The position numbers were made by a program, and so were the translations under genes. Below, one piece after another: positions 53,817-61,150 of a stretch of DNA of 64,000 bases; position 1 is the stretch's first letter, and the number at the start of each line of letters is the position of its first letter. A model generated the notes under the pieces. That model was given only the letters and a program-made list of their open reading frames with translations. It was not told where the DNA came from and did no database searches. Source of the stretch: Bacteroidales bacterium. GTDB lineage: Bacteria > Bacteroidota > Bacteroidia > Bacteroidales > UBA1402. Location of the stretch: the NCBI GenBank assembly GCA_017446025.1, contig JAFSRR010000091.1:8661-72660 (forward strand), given 5' to 3'.

Positions 53817-54797
53817 ATGAATCTCTGGTCTGTCTATCACCCTGAAATCCCCGGTTTTGTCCGGGAGATTGCCGCCACCCCGCCCTTGCGGCGGCTCATG
53901 GAGGTGGGCATGAACTGCGGCTGTGAATATACCTCCTTCTCCCGTTTTGCCCATCTGGAGCCTTATTCGCGCTACGACCACAGCCTGGGCTGTGCACTGA
54001 TAGTCTGGCATTTCAGCGGCGATAAACGACAAGCGGCAGCTGCCTTGCTGCACGATATCGCCACGCCGGCCTTTGCCCATGTGATCGATTTCCTCAACGG
54101 CGACCACGACCGGCAGGAATCGACCGAAGCGGGTGCCGCCGACATCATCCAGGCCTGCGCCGAGCTCATGGAAGTACTCGGCCGCCACGGCCTCAGCCTC
54201 GACGAGGTCTGCGACTACCATCGCTACCCCCTGGCCGACAACGACACGCCCCGGCTCTCGTCCGACCGCCTGGAATACTCGCTGGGCAACATCGTCAACT
54301 ACCGGATAGCGACCCGCCAGGAAGCGGCCTCCTGGTACGGGCACCTGGTGACCGGCCTCAACGAAGAGGGCATCGAAGAGCTCATGTTTGACGACACAGC
54401 CGCCGCCCTGGCTTTCGCCTCGGGCGCCCTCAAGGCCTCGCGTATCTACGTAGCCGACGAAGACCGTTTCGCCATGCAGATGTTGGCCGAACTGCTCAAA
54501 AAACACATCGGGCGGGGTGTGCTGTCTAAAGAAGACCTCTACACCACCGAACCGCAAGTCATCGGCCTGCTGGAGAAAGACGCCCGGGCGGCCGCCGACT
54601 GGCAGCGCTTCCGGGCCTACCGGCGCATGGTCCCTGCCGCCGGACAGCCCCAGGCCCGACGGATTTCGGCCAAGAAACGACACATCGACCCCTATGTCAA
54701 GGGAAAGGGGCGTCTCTCTGTTATCTCACCCTTCTATTCCGCCCAACTGCGCGACTTCCTGGCACTCGATTTCGGCCAGCCCGTTTGCGGGGAATAA
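53817..54797 (+). CDS. HD-domain metal-dependent phosphohydrolase (function unknown)
   Basis: ...YSRYDHSLGCALIVWHF...AAALLHDIATPAFAHVIDF... shows the H...HD...D pattern of the HD superfamily. The start is chosen at the ATG at 53817, downstream of the -7 box. Confidence 0.7.
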   Translation: MNLWSVYHPEIPGFVREIAATPPLRRLMEVGMNCGCEYTSFSRFAHLEPYSRYDHSLGCALIVWHFSGDKRQAAAALLHDIATPAFAHVIDFLNGDHDRQESTEAGAADIIQACAELMEVLGRHGLSLDEVCDYHRYPLADNDTPRLSSDRLEYSLGNIVNYRIATRQEAASWYGHLVTGLNEEGIEELMFDDTAAALAFASGALKASRIYVADEDRFAMQMLAELLKKHIGRGVLSKEDLYTTEPQVIGLLEKDARAAADWQRFRAYRRMVPAAGQPQARRISAKKRHIDPYVKGKGRLSVISPFYSAQLRDFLALDFGQPVCGE

Positions 54798-54812
54798 TAT
54801 CTACTGCCAGAA

Positions 54813-54850
54813 CATAAAAAAAAGAGAGCCGCCTTGAGGGCAGCTCTCTT
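54813..54850 (-). terminator. Rho-independent terminator for the small OM protein gene. It probably also stops the convergent HD gene.
   Basis: The minus strand reads AAGAGAGCTGCC-ctcaa-GGCGGCTCTCTT followed by TTTTTTTTATG. Confidence 0.65.
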
Positions 54851-54876
54851 GGGATACTAAATTCCTTGTCTCAGGC

Positions 54877-55320
54877 TTAGAAGCGATAGCGGACACCCAG
54901 GCCGAAGCTGGCAGCAGCAAAGCCACCATCCAGGAAATAGAAAGTAGGTCTCCAGTCGAGCGACAGGGTCAGAGGAATCTGGAAGTTGTATTCCATGCCG
55001 ATCATGCCGGAAGCACCTACATCCAGACCGGACTTGGTCGTACCGTTGTCGTCATAGTTGTAGAAACCGACGGTGGCACCGGGACCTGCATAGAAATTGA
55101 AATCACCTTCGCTGGCGAAAACAAAATTGTAGATACCCGTGGCATAGAAACCATGGTTCAGGAAGAGACCTCCGTCAAATTCCAGGAAATTCTCACCCAT
55201 CGAGTGCTGATAAGATACTTCTGCACCATAACCGATACGAAGACCGATGGCACGGGGCTGGGCCATCATCACAGCTGTCAGACCGAAAACGGCGACAAGA
55301 ACAAGTAATGCTTTTTTCAT
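54877..55320 (-). CDS. Small outer-membrane beta-barrel protein (OmpW/OmpA-barrel-like, 8-stranded type)
   Basis: Signal peptide MKKALLVLVAVFGLTAVMMAQ, alternating Gly/Tyr/Phe strands, and a C-terminal ...FGLGVRYRF. Confidence 0.7.
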   Translation of the reverse strand: MKKALLVLVAVFGLTAVMMAQPRAIGLRIGYGAEVSYQHSMGENFLEFDGGLFLNHGFYATGIYNFVFASEGDFNFYAGPGATVGFYNYDDNGTTKSGLDVGASGMIGMEYNFQIPLTLSLDWRPTFYFLDGGFAAASFGLGVRYRF

Positions 55321-55467
55321 AACTGATTAATTTAAAAAAGTGATACAATCATAGTCTTTCCTCTATAGCTAACGATGCCTTTTGGGGCACCGGCAAGTCT
55401 ATATCCAAGGCGAAGGTCGGAATTATTCGGGAAAAAGCCAAACATTATCCCCAAAAATATCTGTCGG

Positions 55468-57150
55468 CTAAACATTCCTGGCCACGCCCATACGGGCCTC
55501 CACCACATTGATGATGTAGTCGCCTGTCTTTTCGCACTCGTTGATCAGGTCCATGTAGACCGTGCTGCTCTGGTAGTCGTAGTTGTGGTTGTCAAGATCC
55601 TGTATATTCTTTTGTTTCAACTCGTTCCGACACTCGTTGATAGCCTTCTCGGCTGCTTCCGAATAGGCGAACTTGTAATCCTCGCGACGGCCCGACAAGG
55701 CGTTGTTCATCAGCGTAGCCGCCTGATCGACCAAATCGAGCAACTGGCTGAAACCAGCCTCCTGGTCGGCAGTGAAAACAGCTTCGTTTTCACGTTTGCG
55801 CTTCAGGATGCGGGCCAGGTTGAAGCATCCGTCGCCGATACTCTCCAACTCGCCGATCTCACGCAACATGGAACGGATCTTGCCTTTGGAGTCGTCACTG
55901 AGATGAGCGTCACCAACCGCTCCCAGATAACGTCCGATTTCATCTTCCATGTTATCACTGATGTCCTCGTATTTGGCAATGCGTTCAAAGAGTTTTTGAA
56001 AGGCTGTATCGTCTTTCGAATCCTTCAGGTCGGCAACCATTCCTATCATTCGCTGCATACGTTCGCCAAATACAGCGATTTCCTTCTGGGCCTGCAGAAT
56101 GGATATTTCCGGTGTCTTCATCAAACCGCCACGGATAAACTTGAGTCGGGCTTCTTCGTCTTCATCGCTCTTCTTGGGCTTGATCAGGTGGCAGACCAGT
56201 TTTTCTATCTGCGGTATGAACCAAATCAGTATCAATGTGTTGGTCACATTGAACGCGGTGTGGAAGGTAGCCAGGGCAAACGTCAACTGGGCCGGCGTCT
56301 GGCTTTCGGCGGCAGGATCCATGCCCACGACGTTGCAGACCATTCTGACAAAAGGGTAGAACATACACAGGATCCATAATACGCCGAACACATTGAACAG
56401 CAAGTGAGCCAAGGCCGCCCGGCGCGCCTGGGTGTTGGCCGACAAGGCGGCGATATTGGCGGTGAGCGTCGTACCGATGTTTTCACCCATGACCAGGGCG
56501 ATACCCTGATAGATGGTAATGACACCCGTTGAGCACAGCACCATGGTGATGGCCATCAGCGCCGCCGACGACTGCACGGCAAAAGTGAGTACCGTGCCGA
56601 TGAGCAGGAACAGTAGGATGGTCAGGTAATTGCCAGAATCAAAAGAGGCGAAGAAATCGACCACGGCCTGATTACTGGCCAAATCCATTTCAAGGCCGGT
56701 GGCCCGGAGCAGTCCCAGGGCAAACAACAGGAAGGAGAGGCCAAACAGGAAATCACCGAAATAGCGGTGTTTGCCGGTCTGTATCAAAACGATGCCCACC
56801 AGGAAAGTGATCCAGACGACATTGGTGATATTAAAAGAAAAGCCCGCCGACATGATCCAGGCGGACAGCGTGGTACCGATATTGGCCCCCATGATGACGG
56901 AGATAGCTTGCGCGAGCGTCAGCAATGCAGCGTTGACAAAGGAAACCGTCATGACGGTCGTGGCGGCGGACGACTGTACGGCCACGGTAACCAGGGCGCC
57001 TGTTGCCACACCGGTAAAACGATTGGTTGTCATCGCGCCGAGCAAATGGCGCAATTGCGGGCCGGCCATTTTCTGCAGGGCTTCGCTCATGACTTTCATA
57101 CCATAGATCAACAGGGCGATGGATCCCAGCAGTTTCAAAGCTATCAGCAT
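55468..57150 (-). CDS. Na/Pi cotransporter family protein with a C-terminal PhoU-like domain
   Basis: LLGSIALLIYGMKVMSEALQKMAG...GVATGALVTVAVQSSAATTVMTVSFVNA... is duplicated as (...AVQSSAALMAITMVL...), followed by PhoU-like helical repeats. Confidence 0.85.
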   Translation of the reverse strand: MLIALKLLGSIALLIYGMKVMSEALQKMAGPQLRHLLGAMTTNRFTGVATGALVTVAVQSSAATTVMTVSFVNAALLTLAQAISVIMGANIGTTLSAWIMSAGFSFNITNVVWITFLVGIVLIQTGKHRYFGDFLFGLSFLLFALGLLRATGLEMDLASNQAVVDFFASFDSGNYLTILLFLLIGTVLTFAVQSSAALMAITMVLCSTGVITIYQGIALVMGENIGTTLTANIAALSANTQARRAALAHLLFNVFGVLWILCMFYPFVRMVCNVVGMDPAAESQTPAQLTFALATFHTAFNVTNTLILIWFIPQIEKLVCHLIKPKKSDEDEEARLKFIRGGLMKTPEISILQAQKEIAVFGERMQRMIGMVADLKDSKDDTAFQKLFERIAKYEDISDNMEDEIGRYLGAVGDAHLSDDSKGKIRSMLREIGELESIGDGCFNLARILKRKRENEAVFTADQEAGFSQLLDLVDQAATLMNNALSGRREDYKFAYSEAAEKAINECRNELKQKNIQDLDNHNYDYQSSTVYMDLINECEKTGDYIINVVEARMGVARNV

Positions 57151-57187
57151 ATATTTTTCTGTTAAGGGTCGATTTCAAGGGTCTGGA

Positions 57188-57195
57188 CAAAGGTA
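57188..57195 (-). promoter_or_regulatory. -7 box (TACCTTTG on the minus strand) upstream of the Na/Pi cotransporter gene
   Basis: The plus strand reads caaaggta, about 38 nt upstream of the ATG at 57150. Confidence 0.45.
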
Positions 57196-57228
57196 CAAAA
57201 AAGATTTGTATAAACCCTCGTGTTGACA

Positions 57229-57236
57229 TACTTTTG
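57229..57236 (+). promoter_or_regulatory. -7 box TACTTTTG upstream of the PCMD lipoprotein gene
   Basis: TAnnTTTG match 34 nt upstream of the ATG at 57270. Confidence 0.45.
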
Positions 57237-57269
57237 TTTCCGTCAAAACCACCGCCACAGACTAACATC

Positions 57270-58115
57270 ATGAGATTGAGCCATCATATATTGTCGATAC
57301 TGGCCATTTCGCTGGCCACCGGCCTGCTCGGTTCCTGCCACCGCACGCACGAGACGCCCGGTGACAAGCCCGATATCGGCGAAATGACCGATTTCCTGGA
57401 TGAGGACGGCCAGCTCTACAACTCTTCTTTCAACGACTGGTGCCGGATAGACAAAGTGTGGTATGCCTATGCCGCCGACACGACCGAAGGCTGCCGCATC
57501 TGGGGTTCCAGCAACAACGGCACCATCACACTGGGCGAAAACAATGTCACCCCCGAAAAGGATTTTCTGGCTGTTGCCGGTCCAGACAAGGCGGCTGCCA
57601 AACTGGAAACCCGCTTTGTCGGAGTGCTGGGCATTGGCAAACTCGCCGCCGGCAGCCTGTACACCGGCAGCTACCTGCGCACCGTCGGTGCTTCGGGGGC
57701 CGAACTGTCGTGGGGACTGCCCTACAGCTACCGACCCCGGGCCGTGCAAGGCTACTATTGCTACCGGTCGAAATCCATCGACCGGACCGACAAGGCGCAC
57801 AGTTACCTGAAAGGACAGCCCGACACAGCGACGCTCCAGGTGGTACTGGCCGATTGGGACACACCTTTCATTGTCAAGAGTGCCGAGGGTATCAAGATCG
57901 ACCCGCAGGGCGATCCGGCCATCATCGGCTATGCCATGCTTGAAATAGCACAGACTACTGAAGACTACTGCACTTTCGACCTGAACATAGGCTATCGCAG
58001 CGACCGCACCCCGCGCTACCTGGTCATTGCCGCTTCGTCGAGCAAATACGGCGATTACTTCACCGGCGGCACAGGGTCCACGCTGTGGATGGATGAACTC
58101 AGGCTGTGCTATTGA
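57270..58115 (+). CDS. PCMD-domain (putative carbohydrate metabolism domain) lipoprotein
   Basis: Lipobox ILAISLATGLLGSCH. SFNDWC...WGSSNNG and the C-terminal ...LVIAASSSKYGDYFTGGTGSTLWMDELRLCY are typical of the family. Confidence 0.65.
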   Translation: MRLSHHILSILAISLATGLLGSCHRTHETPGDKPDIGEMTDFLDEDGQLYNSSFNDWCRIDKVWYAYAADTTEGCRIWGSSNNGTITLGENNVTPEKDFLAVAGPDKAAAKLETRFVGVLGIGKLAAGSLYTGSYLRTVGASGAELSWGLPYSYRPRAVQGYYCYRSKSIDRTDKAHSYLKGQPDTATLQVVLADWDTPFIVKSAEGIKIDPQGDPAIIGYAMLEIAQTTEDYCTFDLNIGYRSDRTPRYLVIAASSSKYGDYFTGGTGSTLWMDELRLCY

Positions 58116-58169
58116 ACCCGAATTCCGGCAGCAAGAAAAAGTTCTTTTTGAATACTGGATATAAAATTG

Positions 58170-58177
58170 TATTTTTG
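58170..58177 (+). promoter_or_regulatory. -7 box TATTTTTG upstream of the Ser/Thr-rich lipoprotein gene
   Basis: TAnnTTTG match about 49 nt upstream of the ATG at 58226. Confidence 0.4.
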
Positions 58178-58225
58178 CCTCTGAGTTTTGCCAGTTACGT
58201 TTACAAACCTCCTATTTATATTGTT

Positions 58226-59257
58226 ATGATGAAAAAATTAGTTTTTCTCGCATTCACAGCCGCCCTGTTGTGCAGCTGCGTCACCTCTCGCACGGTTCGG
58301 CCCCTGGATCAGGACGGAGCAATGATTACGTTTATGTCTCCCGGCAGCGAAAGAGTCAGGGTCCTCATCGACAACCAGCTCTACGACCGCAGGACTGTCA
58401 GGGTCAACAAGTACTATAGCAACCCCTATTTCAAACGGACGTCCAAGAACGCCGTCAACGTAGGCCCCGGCGTACATGACGTGAGGGTTTACAACAACAA
58501 CGGCAACGCCATCTATCAGGAAGGTGTGATGATCATCAACAACGAAAACAAGACGGTGAACATCTACAACCAGCAGCAGTCCAACGATCCCCGTCCCGGC
58601 GGCTATGCCAACCCGCAGCCCGGTGTCCAGTCCCAGAGCAGCGGCAGAACCACCGGCAGCCAGTCCTCCGGTCAGGTAAACGATGTCCGCGGCGCTTCCG
58701 CAACGACCAGTTCGAGAGCCACGACCACCACGGGATCGAGCAGCCGCGCCACCGGCAGCAATCCGCCCGCCACACAGACTCAGACCCAGTCCACCCAGCA
58801 GAAGGCCTCCACAACCGCCACTTCGACGGGTACTTCTTCAAGGGCTACCACCACGACGGGTTCGACGACCAGCACCTCTTCGCAGCGTGCCTCTACCACC
58901 AGCGGCAGCAGCACTTCTTCGCGCGCTTCCACCACCACGGGCAGCAGCACTTCTTCGCGTGCTACCAGCACTACCAGCAGTTCAAGCAGCAACGGCACCT
59001 CGTCGCGGGCTACCACTTCGTCTTCTTCGAGCACTTCTTCGCGTGCCACGAGCACAACAAGCAGCAGTTCGAGCACTTCGAGCAGTTCATCGCGCGCTAC
59101 CACCGGCAACTCCACCTCCGGCAGCGGCCGTTCGAGCAGCAGCACACAGACTGCCACGGAGAGCACCCGCCGGGCCAGCAGCACGACTTCCACGACGCAG
59201 GAGAACAATACCTCCACCCAGCAGCGTGGCACCACCTCGACAGGCAGGGGCAACTAA
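58226..59257 (+). CDS. Lipoprotein with a ~115-aa globular N-domain and a ~230-aa Ser/Thr-rich repeat tail
   Basis: Lipobox MMKKLVFLAFTAALLCSC. The tail has at least 8 copies of (T/S)SSRA(T/S) embedded in S/T runs. The coding DNA is an imperfect tandem repeat (gcacttcttcgcg recurs). Confidence 0.7.
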   Translation: MMKKLVFLAFTAALLCSCVTSRTVRPLDQDGAMITFMSPGSERVRVLIDNQLYDRRTVRVNKYYSNPYFKRTSKNAVNVGPGVHDVRVYNNNGNAIYQEGVMIINNENKTVNIYNQQQSNDPRPGGYANPQPGVQSQSSGRTTGSQSSGQVNDVRGASATTSSRATTTTGSSSRATGSNPPATQTQTQSTQQKASTTATSTGTSSRATTTTGSTTSTSSQRASTTSGSSTSSRASTTTGSSTSSRATSTTSSSSSNGTSSRATTSSSSSTSSRATSTTSSSSSTSSSSSRATTGNSTSGSGRSSSSTQTATESTRRASSTTSTTQENNTSTQQRGTTSTGRGN

Positions 59258-59281
59258 ACGCCCGCTCTCCGATACATCCAC

Positions 59282-59316
59282 AGGCCGTTCACCTCAGCGT
59301 GAACGGCCTTTTTTAT
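59282..59316 (+). terminator. Rho-independent terminator
   Basis: AGGCCGTTCAC-ctcagc-GTGAACGGCCT followed by TTTTTTATT. Confidence 0.8.
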
Positions 59317-59351
59317 TCATTGGTTTATTTGTTTGACATAGGGGAAAGCAC

Positions 59352-59359
59352 TACCTTTG
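59352..59359 (+). promoter_or_regulatory. -7 box TACCTTTG upstream of the SulP transporter gene
   Basis: TAnnTTTG match 30 nt upstream of the ATG at 59389. Confidence 0.5.
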
Positions 59360-59388
59360 CAGCCCGAAAAAAACACCATACACAAACA

Positions 59389-61086
59389 ATGAAAAGCATT
59401 TACAAACCATCTCTTTTCCAGATTATTAAGAATAAAAAATACAACAAGGAGACCTTGGTGAAAGACCTCTCCGCCGGGCTGATCGTCGGCATTCTGGCCC
59501 TGCCGCTGGCCATCGCCTTCGGTATCGCCAGCGGAGTCACCCCGCAGCAAGGCCTCATCACCGCCATCATCGCCGGCCTGCTCATCTCGCTGCTGGGCGG
59601 CACACGCTTCCTGATCGGCGGCCCGACCGGTGCCTTTATCATCATCATCACCGGCATCATCGGCCAGTACGGCATGACCGGTCTGACCATCGCCACCATC
59701 ATGGCCGGTATCATCCTCATCGTCATGGGACTGTGCCGGCTGGGCATCGTCTTCAAATTCATGCCCTACCCCATCGTCGTGGGCTTCACGGCGGGCATCG
59801 CACTCACCTTGCTGACCACCCAGGTCAAGGACTTTTTCGGCATGGACATCGAAGTGCCCAGCGGTTTCATCGCCCAATGGGGCTGCTATCTGACCCACTT
59901 GTCGGCCGTCAACTGGATAGAATTGACTGCCAGCCTGACCGCCCTGTTTATCCTGATCTTCTGGAACCGGGTCACCAAAAAGATACCCGGTTCGCTCATC
60001 GCCCTGATCGTCTGCACGCTGGGCAGTTTCCTGCTCAGTCGTTTCGGCGGCATCCAGCTGGCCACCATCGGCAGCAAATTTCCCGAGATGGGCGGCGGTA
60101 TGAGCCTGCCCAAGCCCGAGCTGCCCATTGTCAGCTTTGAGACGCTGCGCACCTTGATCACCCCTGCCTTTACCATCGCCTTGCTGGCTGCCATCGAGTC
60201 GCTGCTGGCCGCCACCGTGACCGACGGTGTCACCGGTCACCGCCACGACTCCAACAGCGAACTTATCGGCGAAGGCGTGGCCAACATCGTCACCCCGCTT
60301 TTCGGCGGCATTCCGGCCACCGGCGCCATCGCCCGCACCATGGCCAATATCAACAACGGCGGCAAATCGCCCGTATCGGGCATCGTGCATGCCGTCACCC
60401 TGCTGCTCATCTATCTGTTCCTGATGCCCTACGCCATCTACGTGCCGCTCAGCTGCCTGGCCGCCATCCTGGTGATGGTCGCCTACAACATGAGTGAATG
60501 GCGCACCTTCCGCTACCTGCTCAAGGGCGACCGCCAGAGCGTGGCCGTGCTGCTGGTCACTTTCTTCCTGACGGTAGTCTTCGATCTGACCGTAGCCATC
60601 GAGTTCGGCGTGCTGCTGGCCGTGATCCTGTTCGTGACGCGTGTCATGCAGACTTCGGGCATCGAGGTGCTGGATGCCGACAAGGTGGCTGCCAGCGAAA
60701 ATCTGGAGCCCAACCCCGAAGACACCGAGTTCCTGGACATTCCCCAGGGAGTCGAGGTCTATGAAATCAACGGACCCTTCTTTTTCGGTCTGGCCAGCAA
60801 GTTCGAGGAGTTCGTGGCTCGATACAAAAAAGACAACAAGGTCCGCATCATCCGTATGCGCAAGGTTCCCTTCATCGACGCCACCGGGGTGAACAACCTG
60901 CGCAACCTCTGCGAGCGCACCAGCCGCCGCGGCATCTGCATCATCCTTTCCGGCGTGCAGCCCGAAGTGCGTCAGACCCTGCACCAATACGGCCTGGACA
61001 AGCTTATCGGCGAGGAATACATCCTGCCCCACATCACCCCGGCCCTGGCCAAAGCCCGGGAAGTGGTTGAGAATCCCCAACAATAG
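59389..61086 (+). CDS. SulP family inorganic anion transporter with a C-terminal STAS domain
   Basis: MKSIYKPSLFQ...DLSAGLIVGILALPLAIAFGIASGV...GGPTGAF... and C-terminal VEVYEINGPFFFG...IIRMRKVPFIDATG... (STAS). Confidence 0.9.
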   Translation: MKSIYKPSLFQIIKNKKYNKETLVKDLSAGLIVGILALPLAIAFGIASGVTPQQGLITAIIAGLLISLLGGTRFLIGGPTGAFIIIITGIIGQYGMTGLTIATIMAGIILIVMGLCRLGIVFKFMPYPIVVGFTAGIALTLLTTQVKDFFGMDIEVPSGFIAQWGCYLTHLSAVNWIELTASLTALFILIFWNRVTKKIPGSLIALIVCTLGSFLLSRFGGIQLATIGSKFPEMGGGMSLPKPELPIVSFETLRTLITPAFTIALLAAIESLLAATVTDGVTGHRHDSNSELIGEGVANIVTPLFGGIPATGAIARTMANINNGGKSPVSGIVHAVTLLLIYLFLMPYAIYVPLSCLAAILVMVAYNMSEWRTFRYLLKGDRQSVAVLLVTFFLTVVFDLTVAIEFGVLLAVILFVTRVMQTSGIEVLDADKVAASENLEPNPEDTEFLDIPQGVEVYEINGPFFFGLASKFEEFVARYKKDNKVRIIRMRKVPFIDATGVNNLRNLCERTSRRGICIILSGVQPEVRQTLHQYGLDKLIGEEYILPHITPALAKAREVVENPQQ

Positions 61087-61150
61087 GGATAGCCGACACT
61101 TGCATTTGGCCTTTTTTTGGCGTACCTTGCCGGCCAAAACCAAATCTGTC

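Noticed and set aside
58683-59336. A 217-aa Ala/Pro/Arg-rich ORF (+) and a 157-aa Val/Glu/Leu-rich ORF (-) over the Ser/Thr repeat region
   Set aside because: These are alternative-frame and antisense readings of the simple-sequence repeat. Only the frame continuous with the lipoprotein signal peptide and N-domain, and followed by a strong terminator, is credible.
48698-61086. A functional link between the stand-alone STAS protein and the STAS domain of the SulP transporter 10 kb away
   Set aside because: They share only the fold. They are in different operons on opposite strands, with nothing in the sequence connecting them.
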